Of a stretch of DNA of 64,000 bases, positions 19,787 to 29,886 are shown one piece after another; position 1 is the first letter of the stretch, and the number at the start of each line of letters is the position of its first letter. The position numbers were made by a program, and so were the translations under genes. The DNA is from an uncultured Chitinophagaceae bacterium (lineage in GTDB: Bacteria; Bacteroidota; Bacteroidia; Chitinophagales; Chitinophagaceae): positions 388 to 64,387 of the forward strand of contig CAZXBE010000001.1 in assembly GCA_964638565.1 (NCBI GenBank), written 5' to 3'. The notes below the pieces were generated by a model, which was not told the origin of the DNA, searched no databases, and saw only the letters and a list, made by a program, of their open reading frames with translations.

Positions 19787-20494
19787 ATGACAACAGCTTC
19801 TCCACAACAACAATTAAAAAAACTTGCCAACCCCAAAAAAGCAATTGGTGTAGCTCGCTTTTTTAAAACGGGCAAGGGGGAGTATGGAGAAGGAGATGTA
19901 TTCTTAGGCATTACCGTTCCACAAATTCGATTAATAGCGAAAAAATGTGCAGACTTAACATTAAAGGAAATACAAAAATTATTACAATCTAAAATACACG
20001 AAGAGCGATTATTAGCATTAATCATTTTAGTAAATCAGTTTAAAAAAGCAGATGAGGGTAATCAGAAACAAATTTTTGATTTGTATTTAAGCAACACAAA
20101 ATATATAAACAATTGGGACTTGGTAGATTGCTCAGCCGAATATATTGTAGGAGGATATTTGATGAATCGATCCAAAAATATTTTAAAACTATTAGCACAA
20201 TCAAACTTGCTATGGGAACGTCGGATAGCCATTATGGCCACTTTTCATTTTATCAAACAAAAACAACATGAACATACATTTACTATAGCTAAAATATTAG
20301 TAAAAGATGAGCACGATTTAATACATAAAGCAGTTGGCTGGATGTTGAGAGAAGTAGGCAAAAGAATTTCTGAAGCTATTGAAGAAGCGTTCCTACAACA
20401 ACACTATCAACAAATGCCCAGAACGATGTTGCGTTATGCAATAGAAAGGTTTGATGAAAAAAAGAGAAAAAAGTATTTAAACGGTTCAATATAA
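19787..20494 (+). CDS. DNA alkylation repair protein (AlkD-like HEAT-repeat family)
   Basis: LANPKKAIGVARFFKTGKGEYGEGDVFLGITVPQIRLIAKK and WDLVDCSAEYIVG / HKAVGWMLRE motifs typical of the DNA_alkylation family. Confidence 0.75.
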   Translation: MTTASPQQQLKKLANPKKAIGVARFFKTGKGEYGEGDVFLGITVPQIRLIAKKCADLTLKEIQKLLQSKIHEERLLALIILVNQFKKADEGNQKQIFDLYLSNTKYINNWDLVDCSAEYIVGGYLMNRSKNILKLLAQSNLLWERRIAIMATFHFIKQKQHEHTFTIAKILVKDEHDLIHKAVGWMLREVGKRISEAIEEAFLQQHYQQMPRTMLRYAIERFDEKKRKKYLNGSI

Positions 20495-20576
20495 AAATGG
20501 ATACAATTGGATACAAAATAGATATATCCAAAAAATAATAAATTACTAATGACCAGTTACCAATAACTAATTACAA

Positions 20577-22043
20577 TTGACCACCCTTCAAATCATATTA
20601 TATAAAGTAAAACTACTTGCAGTAAAAGGTAATACCAACTTGCCTGTAAGTAGCATACATATTGACTCTCGAGAAGTTCAAGCAGGTAGTGTATTTGTAG
20701 CTATTAAAGGTGTTGCAACAGATAGACATCAATTTATTGAAACGGCTATACAAAAAGGAGCCATCGTCATTGTATGTGAGCAATTCCCTGCTACCATACA
20801 TAATAATATTACGTATATAAAAGTAGCCAACGCGCAAGAAGCGGTTGCATATATGGCGCATCAATTTTATGGTGAGCCTTCTACAAAAATAAAATTAGTG
20901 GGTGTCACCGGCACCAATGGTAAAACCACTATTGCTACACTATTATACCAATTGTTTACAGCGTTAGGATATACTTGCGGATTAATATCAACCGTACAAA
21001 ATCATGTTGGTAAAAAAATAGTGCCATCAACCCATACTACACCAGATGCTATTCAACTCAATGCTTTGCTACAACAAATGCTACAAGCCGGTTGTACGCA
21101 CGTATTTATGGAATGCAGCTCACATGCTATACATCAACATCGTATAACAGCACTACAATTTATAGGTGCATTGTTTAGCAACATCACACACGATCATTTA
21201 GATTATCACAAAACATTTAATGAATACATACGAGTAAAAAAATCATTTTTTGATCACTTGCCTTCAACTGCTTTTGCTATTTCGAATGTAGATGATAAAC
21301 GTGGAGCAGTAATGTTACAAAATACAGCAGCAAAAAAATATTATTACAGTTTAAAAACGGTAGCTGATTTTAAAGGAAAAATATTAGATAATAGTTTACA
21401 TGGTTTGAGTATGACGGTCAGTGATGCAGAAGTGCATTTTAGAATGATTGGAGATTTTAATGCGTATAATTTATTAGCCGTTTATGGAGCTGCTGTTTGT
21501 TTGGGGGAAGATAAGAAAGAAGTATTGCGTATACTTAGTACGCTTACCGGTGCAGAAGGGCGTTTCGATTATATCCTATCATCTAAACAAAAAATAATAG
21601 CGATTATAGATTATGCACATACACCTGATGCATTAAAGAACGTGTTATCTACCATCCAAACATTACGTAAAAATGCAGAACGTATTATAACAGTGGTAGG
21701 TTGTGGTGGAGATAGAGATACAACTAAACGGCCTATTATGGCTGAGGTTGCTACTGCGTTAAGCGATCAAGTTTTTATTACGTCTGATAATCCACGAAGT
21801 GAAAACCCACAGGTGATTATACAAAATATGCAAGCAGGGTTAAATAGTGCAGGCAAGCGTAAAGCCATTGCTATTACAGATCGTAAAGAAGCCATTAAAG
21901 CAGCTGTACAATTTGCACAAACTGGGGATATTATATTGATAGCAGGTAAGGGTCACGAAAAATATCAAGAAATAAAAGGCGTAAAATATGCTTTTGATGA
22001 TAAAGAAGTAGTTAGAGAAATGTTTGCATTGATGGACAAATAA
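20577..22043 (+). CDS. murE: UDP-N-acetylmuramoyl-L-alanyl-D-glutamate--2,6-diaminopimelate ligase
   Basis: TTG start; GVTGTNGKTT P-loop; DNPR motif (TSDNPRSENP) typical of meso-DAP-adding MurE. Confidence 0.9.
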   Translation: MTTLQIILYKVKLLAVKGNTNLPVSSIHIDSREVQAGSVFVAIKGVATDRHQFIETAIQKGAIVIVCEQFPATIHNNITYIKVANAQEAVAYMAHQFYGEPSTKIKLVGVTGTNGKTTIATLLYQLFTALGYTCGLISTVQNHVGKKIVPSTHTTPDAIQLNALLQQMLQAGCTHVFMECSSHAIHQHRITALQFIGALFSNITHDHLDYHKTFNEYIRVKKSFFDHLPSTAFAISNVDDKRGAVMLQNTAAKKYYYSLKTVADFKGKILDNSLHGLSMTVSDAEVHFRMIGDFNAYNLLAVYGAAVCLGEDKKEVLRILSTLTGAEGRFDYILSSKQKIIAIIDYAHTPDALKNVLSTIQTLRKNAERIITVVGCGGDRDTTKRPIMAEVATALSDQVFITSDNPRSENPQVIIQNMQAGLNSAGKRKAIAITDRKEAIKAAVQFAQTGDIILIAGKGHEKYQEIKGVKYAFDDKEVVREMFALMDK

Positions 22044-22148
22044 ATACGTCTATTATAGATGTTAATAAACAATACCATATTAAAAGAAATGCAAACAGTA
22101 ATTCAAAATAATTATTCATTAGCGCATTCATAATTCGCACATTAAAAT

Positions 22149-23390
22149 ATGTTCTATCATTTATTCACCTGGCTAAAACAAGAATTCAATATCAGCGGTG
22201 CTGGATTGTTTCAATTCATTACGTTTAGAGCAGCGTTGTCAGTAATACTATCATTAATAATATCAGCTGTTATTGGCAAACGCATTATTCGTTATTTACA
22301 AAAAAAGCAAATTGGCGAAACGGTTAGAGATTTGGGTTTGGCAGGGGAACAAATCAAAAAAGGAACACCAACCATGGGTGGTATCATTATTTTATTAGCC
22401 ATTCTAATTCCTACTTTATTATTAACCAATCTTACCAATACCTACGTGTTGCTAATGATTATAGCAACCGTTTGGTTAGGCACTATTGGTTTTATTGATG
22501 ATTATATAAAAGTGTTCAAAAAAAATAAAGAAGGCTTAGCCGGAAGATTTAAAATATTAGGTCAAGTAGGTCTAGGAATTATTGTAGGCGCCACATTATA
22601 TTTTAATAAAAATGTAGTTGTGCAAAGAGAGTTAATAGGTAATCTTAAACCTAATGAAAGAGTAGTAAATGAAGTAATAAAAAAAATTGATGGAAAAGAA
22701 AAACGATATGTAAATGTAAAAACACCTATTACTACTATCCCGTTTAGTAAAAATCATGAATTTAATTATGCAAAACTGTTACCTAAAAGTTGGGAAGATT
22801 ATACCTACATCTTATACATTGTTGTTGTAATATTTATTATAACAGCAGTTTCTAATGGCGCTAATATTACAGATGGTTTAGATGGTTTAGCAACGGGGGT
22901 GTCAGCTATTATTGGTATTTGTTTAGCCATCTTTGCCTATGCAAGTGGTAATATAATTTTTGCAGATTACCTCAATGTAATGTACATACCTAATTTAGGA
23001 GAAGTCTCCATTTTTATTGCTGCATTTATTGGAGCTTGCGTAGGCTTTTTATGGTATAATGCTTATCCGGCACAAGTTTTTATGGGTGATACAGGAAGTT
23101 TAGCATTGGGAGGAATTATTGGTGCATTGGCTATTATTGTACGTAAAGAATTATTAATTCCTATTTTTTGTGGCGTGTTTTTGGTAGAAAATTTAAGTGT
23201 AATGATACAAGTAGCTTATTTCAAATACACCAAACGAAAATTTGGAGAAGGGCGTCGTATTTTTTTAATGAGTCCTTTGCATCATCATTATCAAAAATTG
23301 GGATATCATGAAAGTAAAATTGCCGTGCGTTTTTGGATCGTAAGCATTTTATGTATGGTGATGGCGATTATAACCCTAAAAATTAGATAA
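22149..23390 (+). CDS. mraY: phospho-N-acetylmuramoyl-pentapeptide transferase
   Basis: Polytopic membrane protein with Kx[20 protein letters not shown] and [13 protein letters not shown] motifs. Confidence 0.92.
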   Translation: MFYHLFTWLKQEFNISGAGLFQFITFRAALSVILSLIISAVIGKRIIRYLQKKQIGETVRDLGLAGEQIKKGTPTMGGIIILLAILIPTLLLTNLTNTYVLLMIIATVWLGTIGFIDDYIKVFKKNKEGLAGRFKILGQVGLGIIVGATLYFNKNVVVQRELIGNLKPNERVVNEVIKKIDGKEKRYVNVKTPITTIPFSKNHEFNYAKLLPKSWEDYTYILYIVVVIFIITAVSNGANITDGLDGLATGVSAIIGICLAIFAYASGNIIFADYLNVMYIPNLGEVSIFIAAFIGACVGFLWYNAYPAQVFMGDTGSLALGGIIGALAIIVRKELLIPIFCGVFLVENLSVMIQVAYFKYTKRKFGEGRRIFLMSPLHHHYQKLGYHESKIAVRFWIVSILCMVMAIITLKIR

Positions 23391-23478
23391 CAACACGTTT
23401 TATGTTCAATTTTAAATAAAGAAAAATAATACAACATATAGCGTTTAACATTCAATATAGATTTAGAAAACAATAAAA

Positions 23479-24816
23479 ATGAAAAGACTAGTTATACTCG
23501 GAGCAGGCGAAAGCGGAATAGGCGCAGCTTTGCTGGCCAAACAGCAAGGGTATGATGTATTTGTATCTGATGGAAGCGCTATAAAAGATCATTATAAAAA
23601 GAAATTAATAGATCATAGTATTCCATTTGAAGACAACAAACACACCGAAGAAAAAATTTTGCAAGCTGATGAAATTGTAAAAAGCCCGGGCATCCCAGAA
23701 AAAAATGAATTGATTAAAAAAATAAGACTAAAAAAGATTCCCATAATTAGCGAAATAGAATTAGCCTACCGATATAAAAGAGAGAGTAAAATAATAGCCA
23801 TAACAGGAAGTAATGGAAAAAGCACTACCACAGCATTAATTTATCATATCTGCAAAACAGCAGCATTGGATTGCGCTTTGGTAGGAAATATAGGCTACTC
23901 TTTTGCGAAACAAGTAGCTGAAAATCCAAAACCATTTTATGTTTTAGAAGTTAGTAGTTTTCAGTTAGATGACATTCAAACGTTTAAACCGGATGTTGCT
24001 GTTCTATTAAATATTACAGAAGATCACCTAGATAGATATGAATATCAATTTGAAAAATATATAGAATCTAAATTTAAAATTACGCAATGCCAAACAAGCG
24101 AAGATGTTTTTATTTATTGCATGGACGATGATATTACAATACAAAATATTTCAAAGCATTTTATTAGAGCTATTCAATATCCCCTTACTATGAAACAGGA
24201 AGTTTCATGGGGTGGATATATAAACAATCATAACATGAAGATCATAACTCCTACAGAAAAATTTGAGATGAGTATCAATGATTTTGCTTTACAAGGAAAG
24301 CACAATCAATACAATGCTATGGCAGCAAGTGTTGCAGCCAGTTCTATTGGTGTTCGAAAAGAAAAAATAAGAGAAGCAATCTCTACATTTCAAAGCCTTG
24401 AACATCGCATGGAACAAGTTGCTACGATTAGAGGAGTAGAATTTATAAATGATAGCAAGGCTACAAACATTAATAGTACTTGGTATGCATTGGAAAGTAT
24501 TAAAAAGCCTACCATTCTTATTTTAGGAGGAGTTGATAAAGGAAATGATTACACCTTAATAAAAAACTTAGTACAAGAAAAAGTAAAAGCAATTGTATGC
24601 TTAGGAATCGATAATGCCAAAATTTATGCCGCCTTTAAAGATATAGTACTAAACATTGTAGATACTAAAAATGCTGTAGATGCTGTACAACAGGCTTTTC
24701 AATTTGCTACTAAAGGAGATATTGTTTTATTGTCTCCTGCTTGTTCCAGCTTCGATTTATTTAAGAATTATGAAGACAGAGGAAGGCAATTTAAAAAAGC
24801 AGTTAAAGAATTGTAA
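23479..24816 (+). CDS. murD: UDP-N-acetylmuramoylalanine--D-glutamate ligase
   Basis: ILGAGESG Rossmann N-terminus, ITGSNGKSTT P-loop, dcw position. Confidence 0.9.
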   Translation: MKRLVILGAGESGIGAALLAKQQGYDVFVSDGSAIKDHYKKKLIDHSIPFEDNKHTEEKILQADEIVKSPGIPEKNELIKKIRLKKIPIISEIELAYRYKRESKIIAITGSNGKSTTTALIYHICKTAALDCALVGNIGYSFAKQVAENPKPFYVLEVSSFQLDDIQTFKPDVAVLLNITEDHLDRYEYQFEKYIESKFKITQCQTSEDVFIYCMDDDITIQNISKHFIRAIQYPLTMKQEVSWGGYINNHNMKIITPTEKFEMSINDFALQGKHNQYNAMAASVAASSIGVRKEKIREAISTFQSLEHRMEQVATIRGVEFINDSKATNINSTWYALESIKKPTILILGGVDKGNDYTLIKNLVQEKVKAIVCLGIDNAKIYAAFKDIVLNIVDTKNAVDAVQQAFQFATKGDIVLLSPACSSFDLFKNYEDRGRQFKKAVKEL

Positions 24817-24898
24817 GAAAGCAGGTCCTCCGAACCTCCCCTTTGGGGATGTCTCAAGAGTCGCCTAACATCAAAATGAAAAAGTTTATCATTAAATA

Positions 24899-26182
24899 AT
24901 GAACCACACTCAAAACATAAATACTGTTTCTAATTTCCCCCCTTTGGGGAAGTTAAGGAGCGCTGCCAAAGGAGATAAAGTCATTTGGGCTATTGTTGTG
25001 CTATTGGTTTTAATGTCTTTATTAGTAGTATACAGCGCCACCAGTTCATTGGCCTATAAAATGTATAAGGGCAATACATCCGTTTATTTATTTAAACAAG
25101 TTGCATTTACTATAGTTGGTGTATGCATTATTTATTTTGCCCATCGGGTAAACTATGCGGTATATTCTAAAGTATCCTTAATTCTTTTCTTACTCGCTAT
25201 TCCATTATTGATTTATACGTTATTTTTTGGCACTAATTTAAATGAAGCCAATCGATGGATAAAACTACCAGTAATACATATGACTTTCCAAACATCTGAT
25301 ATGGCTAAGTTGGCATTGTTCATGTATTTATCTAGACAATTAAGCAAAAAGCAGCACGTTATAAAAGATTTTAAAAAAGGGTTTTTACCTGTCATAATTC
25401 CTGTAGCTATTGTGTGCTTGTTAATTGCCCCAGCAAACTTATCTACTGCGTTATTAGTGGGTGCAATTAGTTTATTATTATTATTTATTGGTAGGGTTAG
25501 TGTGAAGCATATTTTACTTACAATAGTTATAGCAGCCATTCCTATTATTATATTAGTAAGTATTGCCATGGCTACATATAAAGGCAATAATAATGCTGCT
25601 ACGCAAAATCAATCTGTTTCAACCAATGTAAAATCAGTTGGCCGTATAGGTACATGGATTAAACGAGTGCAAGATTTTATATACGCTAAAAATGATGCAG
25701 CTCCATATCAAATACAACAAGCAAAAATAGCTATTGCTAAAGGAGGAGTGCTAGGAAAAGGTCCAGGGAACAGCGAACAACGTAATTTTTTACCACATCC
25801 TTACTCAGATTTTATTTATGCTATTATTATTGAAGAATATGGCTTAGCAGGAGCTGCTTTTATTTTATTTATATATATGATTTTTTTATTTAGATGCATT
25901 CAAATTTTTAGAAAATGCCCGTACGCATTTGGCGCATTCTTAGCATTGGGATTAAGTTTTACATTGGTTATCCAAGCTTTAGCTAATATGGCTGTAAATG
26001 TAAATTTATTTCCGGTTACAGGCGTAACACTCCCATTATTAAGTATGGGCGGAAGTTCGTTTATGTTTACTTGTTTAGCTATTGGTATTATATTAAGTGT
26101 ATCTAAAAATGTGGAAGAGGAAAGGAATTTTTCAGCTTCTTCATTGCAAGCAAAAGAAATTGAAAAAATGAATAATGATTGA
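24899..26182 (+). CDS. ftsW: peptidoglycan glycosyltransferase FtsW (SEDS family)
   Basis: KGDKVIWAIVVLL...VYSATSS N-terminal region, multi-TM, PVTGVTLPLLSMGGSS C-terminal SEDS motif. Confidence 0.88.
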   Translation: MNHTQNINTVSNFPPLGKLRSAAKGDKVIWAIVVLLVLMSLLVVYSATSSLAYKMYKGNTSVYLFKQVAFTIVGVCIIYFAHRVNYAVYSKVSLILFLLAIPLLIYTLFFGTNLNEANRWIKLPVIHMTFQTSDMAKLALFMYLSRQLSKKQHVIKDFKKGFLPVIIPVAIVCLLIAPANLSTALLVGAISLLLLFIGRVSVKHILLTIVIAAIPIIILVSIAMATYKGNNNAATQNQSVSTNVKSVGRIGTWIKRVQDFIYAKNDAAPYQIQQAKIAIAKGGVLGKGPGNSEQRNFLPHPYSDFIYAIIIEEYGLAGAAFILFIYMIFLFRCIQIFRKCPYAFGAFLALGLSFTLVIQALANMAVNVNLFPVTGVTLPLLSMGGSSFMFTCLAIGIILSVSKNVEEERNFSASSLQAKEIEKMNND

Positions 26183-27039
26183 TGAAAGAAATTTATTATA
26201 AAACGTTTATGTTAAAGTATTATATACATACCATAGTGATTGTTTTTTGTGCAGGTGCTTGTGGGCAGCAAACAACAAGCTATACAAACAAAAACGTACA
26301 CAAATCCGGAAGTATGGTTTGTACAAGATTTAATTCCCCCAAAGGATTCGTAAGATTAAAATATGAATCGAATAGCTTTGAATCATTTTTGCAAAACTTC
26401 CCATTAAAATCAATAAATGCACAAGTACATTTATACAATGGTGCAGTAAAGAAAAATCAAAATGTACACGAAGCTGTATTAGATATTGATGTTGGAAAGC
26501 AAGATTTACAACAATGTGCAGATGCTGTAATGCGTTTACGAGCAGAATATTTATATAAAACAAAAAACTATACGGACTTGCATTTCAATTTTGTAGATGG
26601 CTTTAAAGCAGAATATGCTAAATGGATACAAGGCAACACCATTGCCTTTAATAATGGAAAGCCCTATTGGAAAACATCTAGTAACGCATCCAATACATAC
26701 GAAAGCTTTAGAAAATTTATGGATATAGTATTTGGTTATGCAGGAACATTATCCTTAGCACAAGAATTAAAACAACAAGAATTGAAAAATATAAAACCAG
26801 GAGATGTATTTATACGTGGTGGAAGTCCTGGCCATGCTGTAATTGTTGTGGATGTTGCTCAAAATAAAAAAGGAAAAAAATGTTTTATGCTTGCACAAAG
26901 CTATATGCCAGCCCAGGAAATTCATATTTTAAAAAATTATAATGATGAAAATATAAGCCCTTGGTATGGAGAAGATTTTGGAGAAATTTTATTAACACCA
27001 GAATATACTTTTAAAAAAGGAGAATTGAAAAAGTTTTGA
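26182..27039 (+). CDS. secreted/lipoprotein, DUF4846-like (family assignment from memory)
   Basis: Signal/lipobox VIVFCAGAC; conserved-looking blocks DLQQCADAVMRLRAEYLY and PGDVFIRGGSPGHAVIVVD. The ATG overlaps the ftsW TGA (TGATG). Confidence 0.45.
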   Translation: MKEIYYKTFMLKYYIHTIVIVFCAGACGQQTTSYTNKNVHKSGSMVCTRFNSPKGFVRLKYESNSFESFLQNFPLKSINAQVHLYNGAVKKNQNVHEAVLDIDVGKQDLQQCADAVMRLRAEYLYKTKNYTDLHFNFVDGFKAEYAKWIQGNTIAFNNGKPYWKTSSNASNTYESFRKFMDIVFGYAGTLSLAQELKQQELKNIKPGDVFIRGGSPGHAVIVVDVAQNKKGKKCFMLAQSYMPAQEIHILKNYNDENISPWYGEDFGEILLTPEYTFKKGELKKF

Positions 27040-27046
27040 ATTTTTG

Positions 27047-28150
27047 ATGAATAACAACAAATCATATCGAATAATCATTGCTGGCGGTGGCACAGGTGGA
27101 CATATATTTCCAGCCATAGCCATAGCCAATGCTATTAAACGGTTACAGCATGATATAGAAATTTTATTTATAGGTGCAAAAGGTAAAATGGAAATGGAAA
27201 AAATTCCTCAAGCAGGATATAATATAAGAGGAATAGATATTGTAGGGTTTAACAGAAGTTCCTTGCTAAAAAATATTGCGCTACCATTTAAGTTGATTAA
27301 AAGCTTTTTTCAAGTAAAAAAAATAATAAAAGAATTTAAACCCAATGCTGTTATAGGTGTAGGAGGATACTCAAGCTTTCCTGTATTGCGCTATGCACAA
27401 AGCAAAAGCATTCCAACATTTATACATGAGAGTAATTCCTTTGCAGGCAAAAGCAATATTTTATTAGGAAAAAAAGCTACCAAAATTTTTGTAGCTAGTG
27501 ATGGTATGGAAAAATTCTTTCCTGCAAAGAAAATTATAAAAACAGGAAATCCAGTACGAGCAAGCATTATAGAAAGCAAAATAACAAAAAATGAAGCAGT
27601 AGATTTTTTTAGATTAACCAATAATAAACCTGTTGTATTAATTGTAGGTGGAAGCTTGGGTGCTAAATCTATTAACGAAGCCCTTAACAATAGAATAGAT
27701 GATTTGTTAAAAAACAATATTCAATTGATTTGGCAAACGGGTAAAAGTTTTTCAGAAGAAGCACAACAACAAATCAAACAAAAAAAAGATATTTGGATAG
27801 GAACATTTATTGATAAAATGGAATATGCCTACACCGCTGCAGATATAGTAGTATCAAGAGCTGGAGCTATGGCTGTTGCTGAATTATGCATAATAGGCAA
27901 ACCGGTGATATTTGTACCCTTTCCTTTTGCAGCAGAAGATCATCAAACGGTAAATGCAACAACACTAGTAAATAAAAATGCAGCAATAATGATTGCAAAT
28001 AAAGATGTACAAACAAAATTGATAGACGAGATATTGAATTTGATAAGTCAACCAATAGTACAAAAAACATTAAGTGAACATATACGTAAACTAGCTATAA
28101 CAAGTGCAGATGAGCGTATTGCAAAAGAAGTATTACAACTAATAAAATAA
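27047..28150 (+). CDS. murG: undecaprenyldiphospho-muramoylpentapeptide beta-N-acetylglucosaminyltransferase
   Basis: IIIAGGGTGGHIFPAIAIA N-terminus and VSRAGAMAVAEL C-terminal motif. Confidence 0.92.
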   Translation: MNNNKSYRIIIAGGGTGGHIFPAIAIANAIKRLQHDIEILFIGAKGKMEMEKIPQAGYNIRGIDIVGFNRSSLLKNIALPFKLIKSFFQVKKIIKEFKPNAVIGVGGYSSFPVLRYAQSKSIPTFIHESNSFAGKSNILLGKKATKIFVASDGMEKFFPAKKIIKTGNPVRASIIESKITKNEAVDFFRLTNNKPVVLIVGGSLGAKSINEALNNRIDDLLKNNIQLIWQTGKSFSEEAQQQIKQKKDIWIGTFIDKMEYAYTAADIVVSRAGAMAVAELCIIGKPVIFVPFPFAAEDHQTVNATTLVNKNAAIMIANKDVQTKLIDEILNLISQPIVQKTLSEHIRKLAITSADERIAKEVLQLIK

Positions 28151-29547
28151 TGCATTCAACCAAACAACATATCAACATGTCAACCATACACAGCGTATAC
28201 TTCATCGGTATTGGTGGAATAGGTATGAGCGCTATTGCTCGATATTTTTTACTAAAAGAAGTGCAAGTATTTGGATATGACAAAACAGAAACTTCATTCA
28301 CACAACAATTAGTAAAAGAAGGAATTAAAATACAATACCAAGATGATATTAATAGTATCCCAAAAGAAATAGATGTAGTAATATATACACCTGCTATTCC
28401 AGCAGATAATAACATCTTACAATATTATAAAACCAATAACTATACTTTAGTAAAACGTAGTGATGTGTTACAAGCCATCACAGCCGATACGTATAATATT
28501 TGTGTTGCAGGAACACATGGAAAAACAACTATAACCACTATGGTTGCGCATATATTAAGAGATACAGAATATGGCTGTACTGCTTTTCTCGGAGGAATTT
28601 CCAGCAATTACCAAACTAACTTTTGGTCAACTACGCAAAAGCATTGCGTAGTTGAAGCAGATGAATACGATCGTTCATTTTTTAAACTAAATCCTGATAT
28701 AGCTGTTATAACTGCCATGGATCCAGATCATTTGGATATTTATGGTACAACAGAAAATATGGAACAAGCGTTTATTGATTTTACTAAATGTATAAAACCT
28801 AATGGATTATTAATCAACAAATATGGTTTACACAGAAACAATGATTTTCAAACTAAAAATCATATCACTTATAGCTTACAAAATGAGGCAGCTGATGTAT
28901 ATGCCAAAAATATTATTATTCATAACGGATCATATCAGTACGATGTAGTTGTAAATCTTGAAAAACTAGGTAAGTCAAAAATAATGGTAGAAAATATGAT
29001 TCTACACATGGGTGGCATGCATAATGTTGAAAATACAATAGCAGCCATAGCTGTAGCTTTATATTTAGGTATTGATGAAGAAAAAATAAAAAATGCCATT
29101 GCCAATTTTAAAGGAGTAAAACGGCGCTTTGAGTATGTATTAAAAAACAATCAGCATATATTAATTGATGATTATGCGCATCATCCAGCAGAATTAAAAG
29201 CTTTAATAAAAGGCGCTAAAACATTATATCCTAACAAACAATGCACTATTGTATTTCAACCACATTTATTTACACGTACTCGAGATTTAGCTGATGCATT
29301 TGCAGAAAGTTTATCTCTTGCAGATGAAATAATTTTATTGCCGATTTATCCGGCAAGAGAATTGCCTATATCAGGTGTAACGAGTCAATTAATATTGGAT
29401 AAAATACAACAGGATAATAAGAAATTATTAATCAAAGAAGAATTCATAGATTGGGTAAAAAAGCAAAAGCCAGAACTATTGCTCATGGCTGGTGCTGGCG
29501 ATATTGATGCATTGGTAGAACCAGTTAAAGAACAATTAATAAAATGA
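28150..29547 (+). CDS. murC: UDP-N-acetylmuramate--L-alanine ligase
   Basis: VYFIGIGGIGMSAIA and AGTHGKTTIT motifs. Start overlaps the murG stop (TAATG); an alternative ATG lies at 28177. Confidence 0.9.
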   Translation: MHSTKQHINMSTIHSVYFIGIGGIGMSAIARYFLLKEVQVFGYDKTETSFTQQLVKEGIKIQYQDDINSIPKEIDVVIYTPAIPADNNILQYYKTNNYTLVKRSDVLQAITADTYNICVAGTHGKTTITTMVAHILRDTEYGCTAFLGGISSNYQTNFWSTTQKHCVVEADEYDRSFFKLNPDIAVITAMDPDHLDIYGTTENMEQAFIDFTKCIKPNGLLINKYGLHRNNDFQTKNHITYSLQNEAADVYAKNIIIHNGSYQYDVVVNLEKLGKSKIMVENMILHMGGMHNVENTIAAIAVALYLGIDEEKIKNAIANFKGVKRRFEYVLKNNQHILIDDYAHHPAELKALIKGAKTLYPNKQCTIVFQPHLFTRTRDLADAFAESLSLADEIILLPIYPARELPISGVTSQLILDKIQQDNKKLLIKEEFIDWVKKQKPELLLMAGAGDIDALVEPVKEQLIK

Positions 29548-29879
29548 GGAAGATTGCATTAGTAAAAAATAAGGAGGTAGATATAAAACGAGTAATGTTG
29601 TACCAAGACGAAGATGGTATATATTTATTTGGGTATGATAAATTAGAAGATTGTGGTGGCTTATGGGATCAATGGTATGAGACAATAGAAGAAGTATATA
29701 AAGTGTGTGAGGAAGAATATGGAATACAATTTCAAGATTGGGTATTGATTGATGATCCTTTGAAAGATTGTCAGCATGATTGGATTGAGCCAGTTAGAAT
29801 AAAAGGTCGTGATAAGGGAATCCCAGAATGGGGGAAACTCGAAAAATTAGTAAATGGAGTTTGGGTAGAAATTAATTAA
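29544..29879 (+). CDS. hypothetical acidic Trp-rich cytoplasmic protein (111 aa)
   Basis: ATGA overlap with the murC stop; ends 7 nt before the ftsQ GTG. No signal peptide and no motif I recognise. Confidence 0.5.
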   Translation: MRKIALVKNKEVDIKRVMLYQDEDGIYLFGYDKLEDCGGLWDQWYETIEEVYKVCEEEYGIQFQDWVLIDDPLKDCQHDWIEPVRIKGRDKGIPEWGKLEKLVNGVWVEIN

Positions 29880-29886
29880 TATATAA

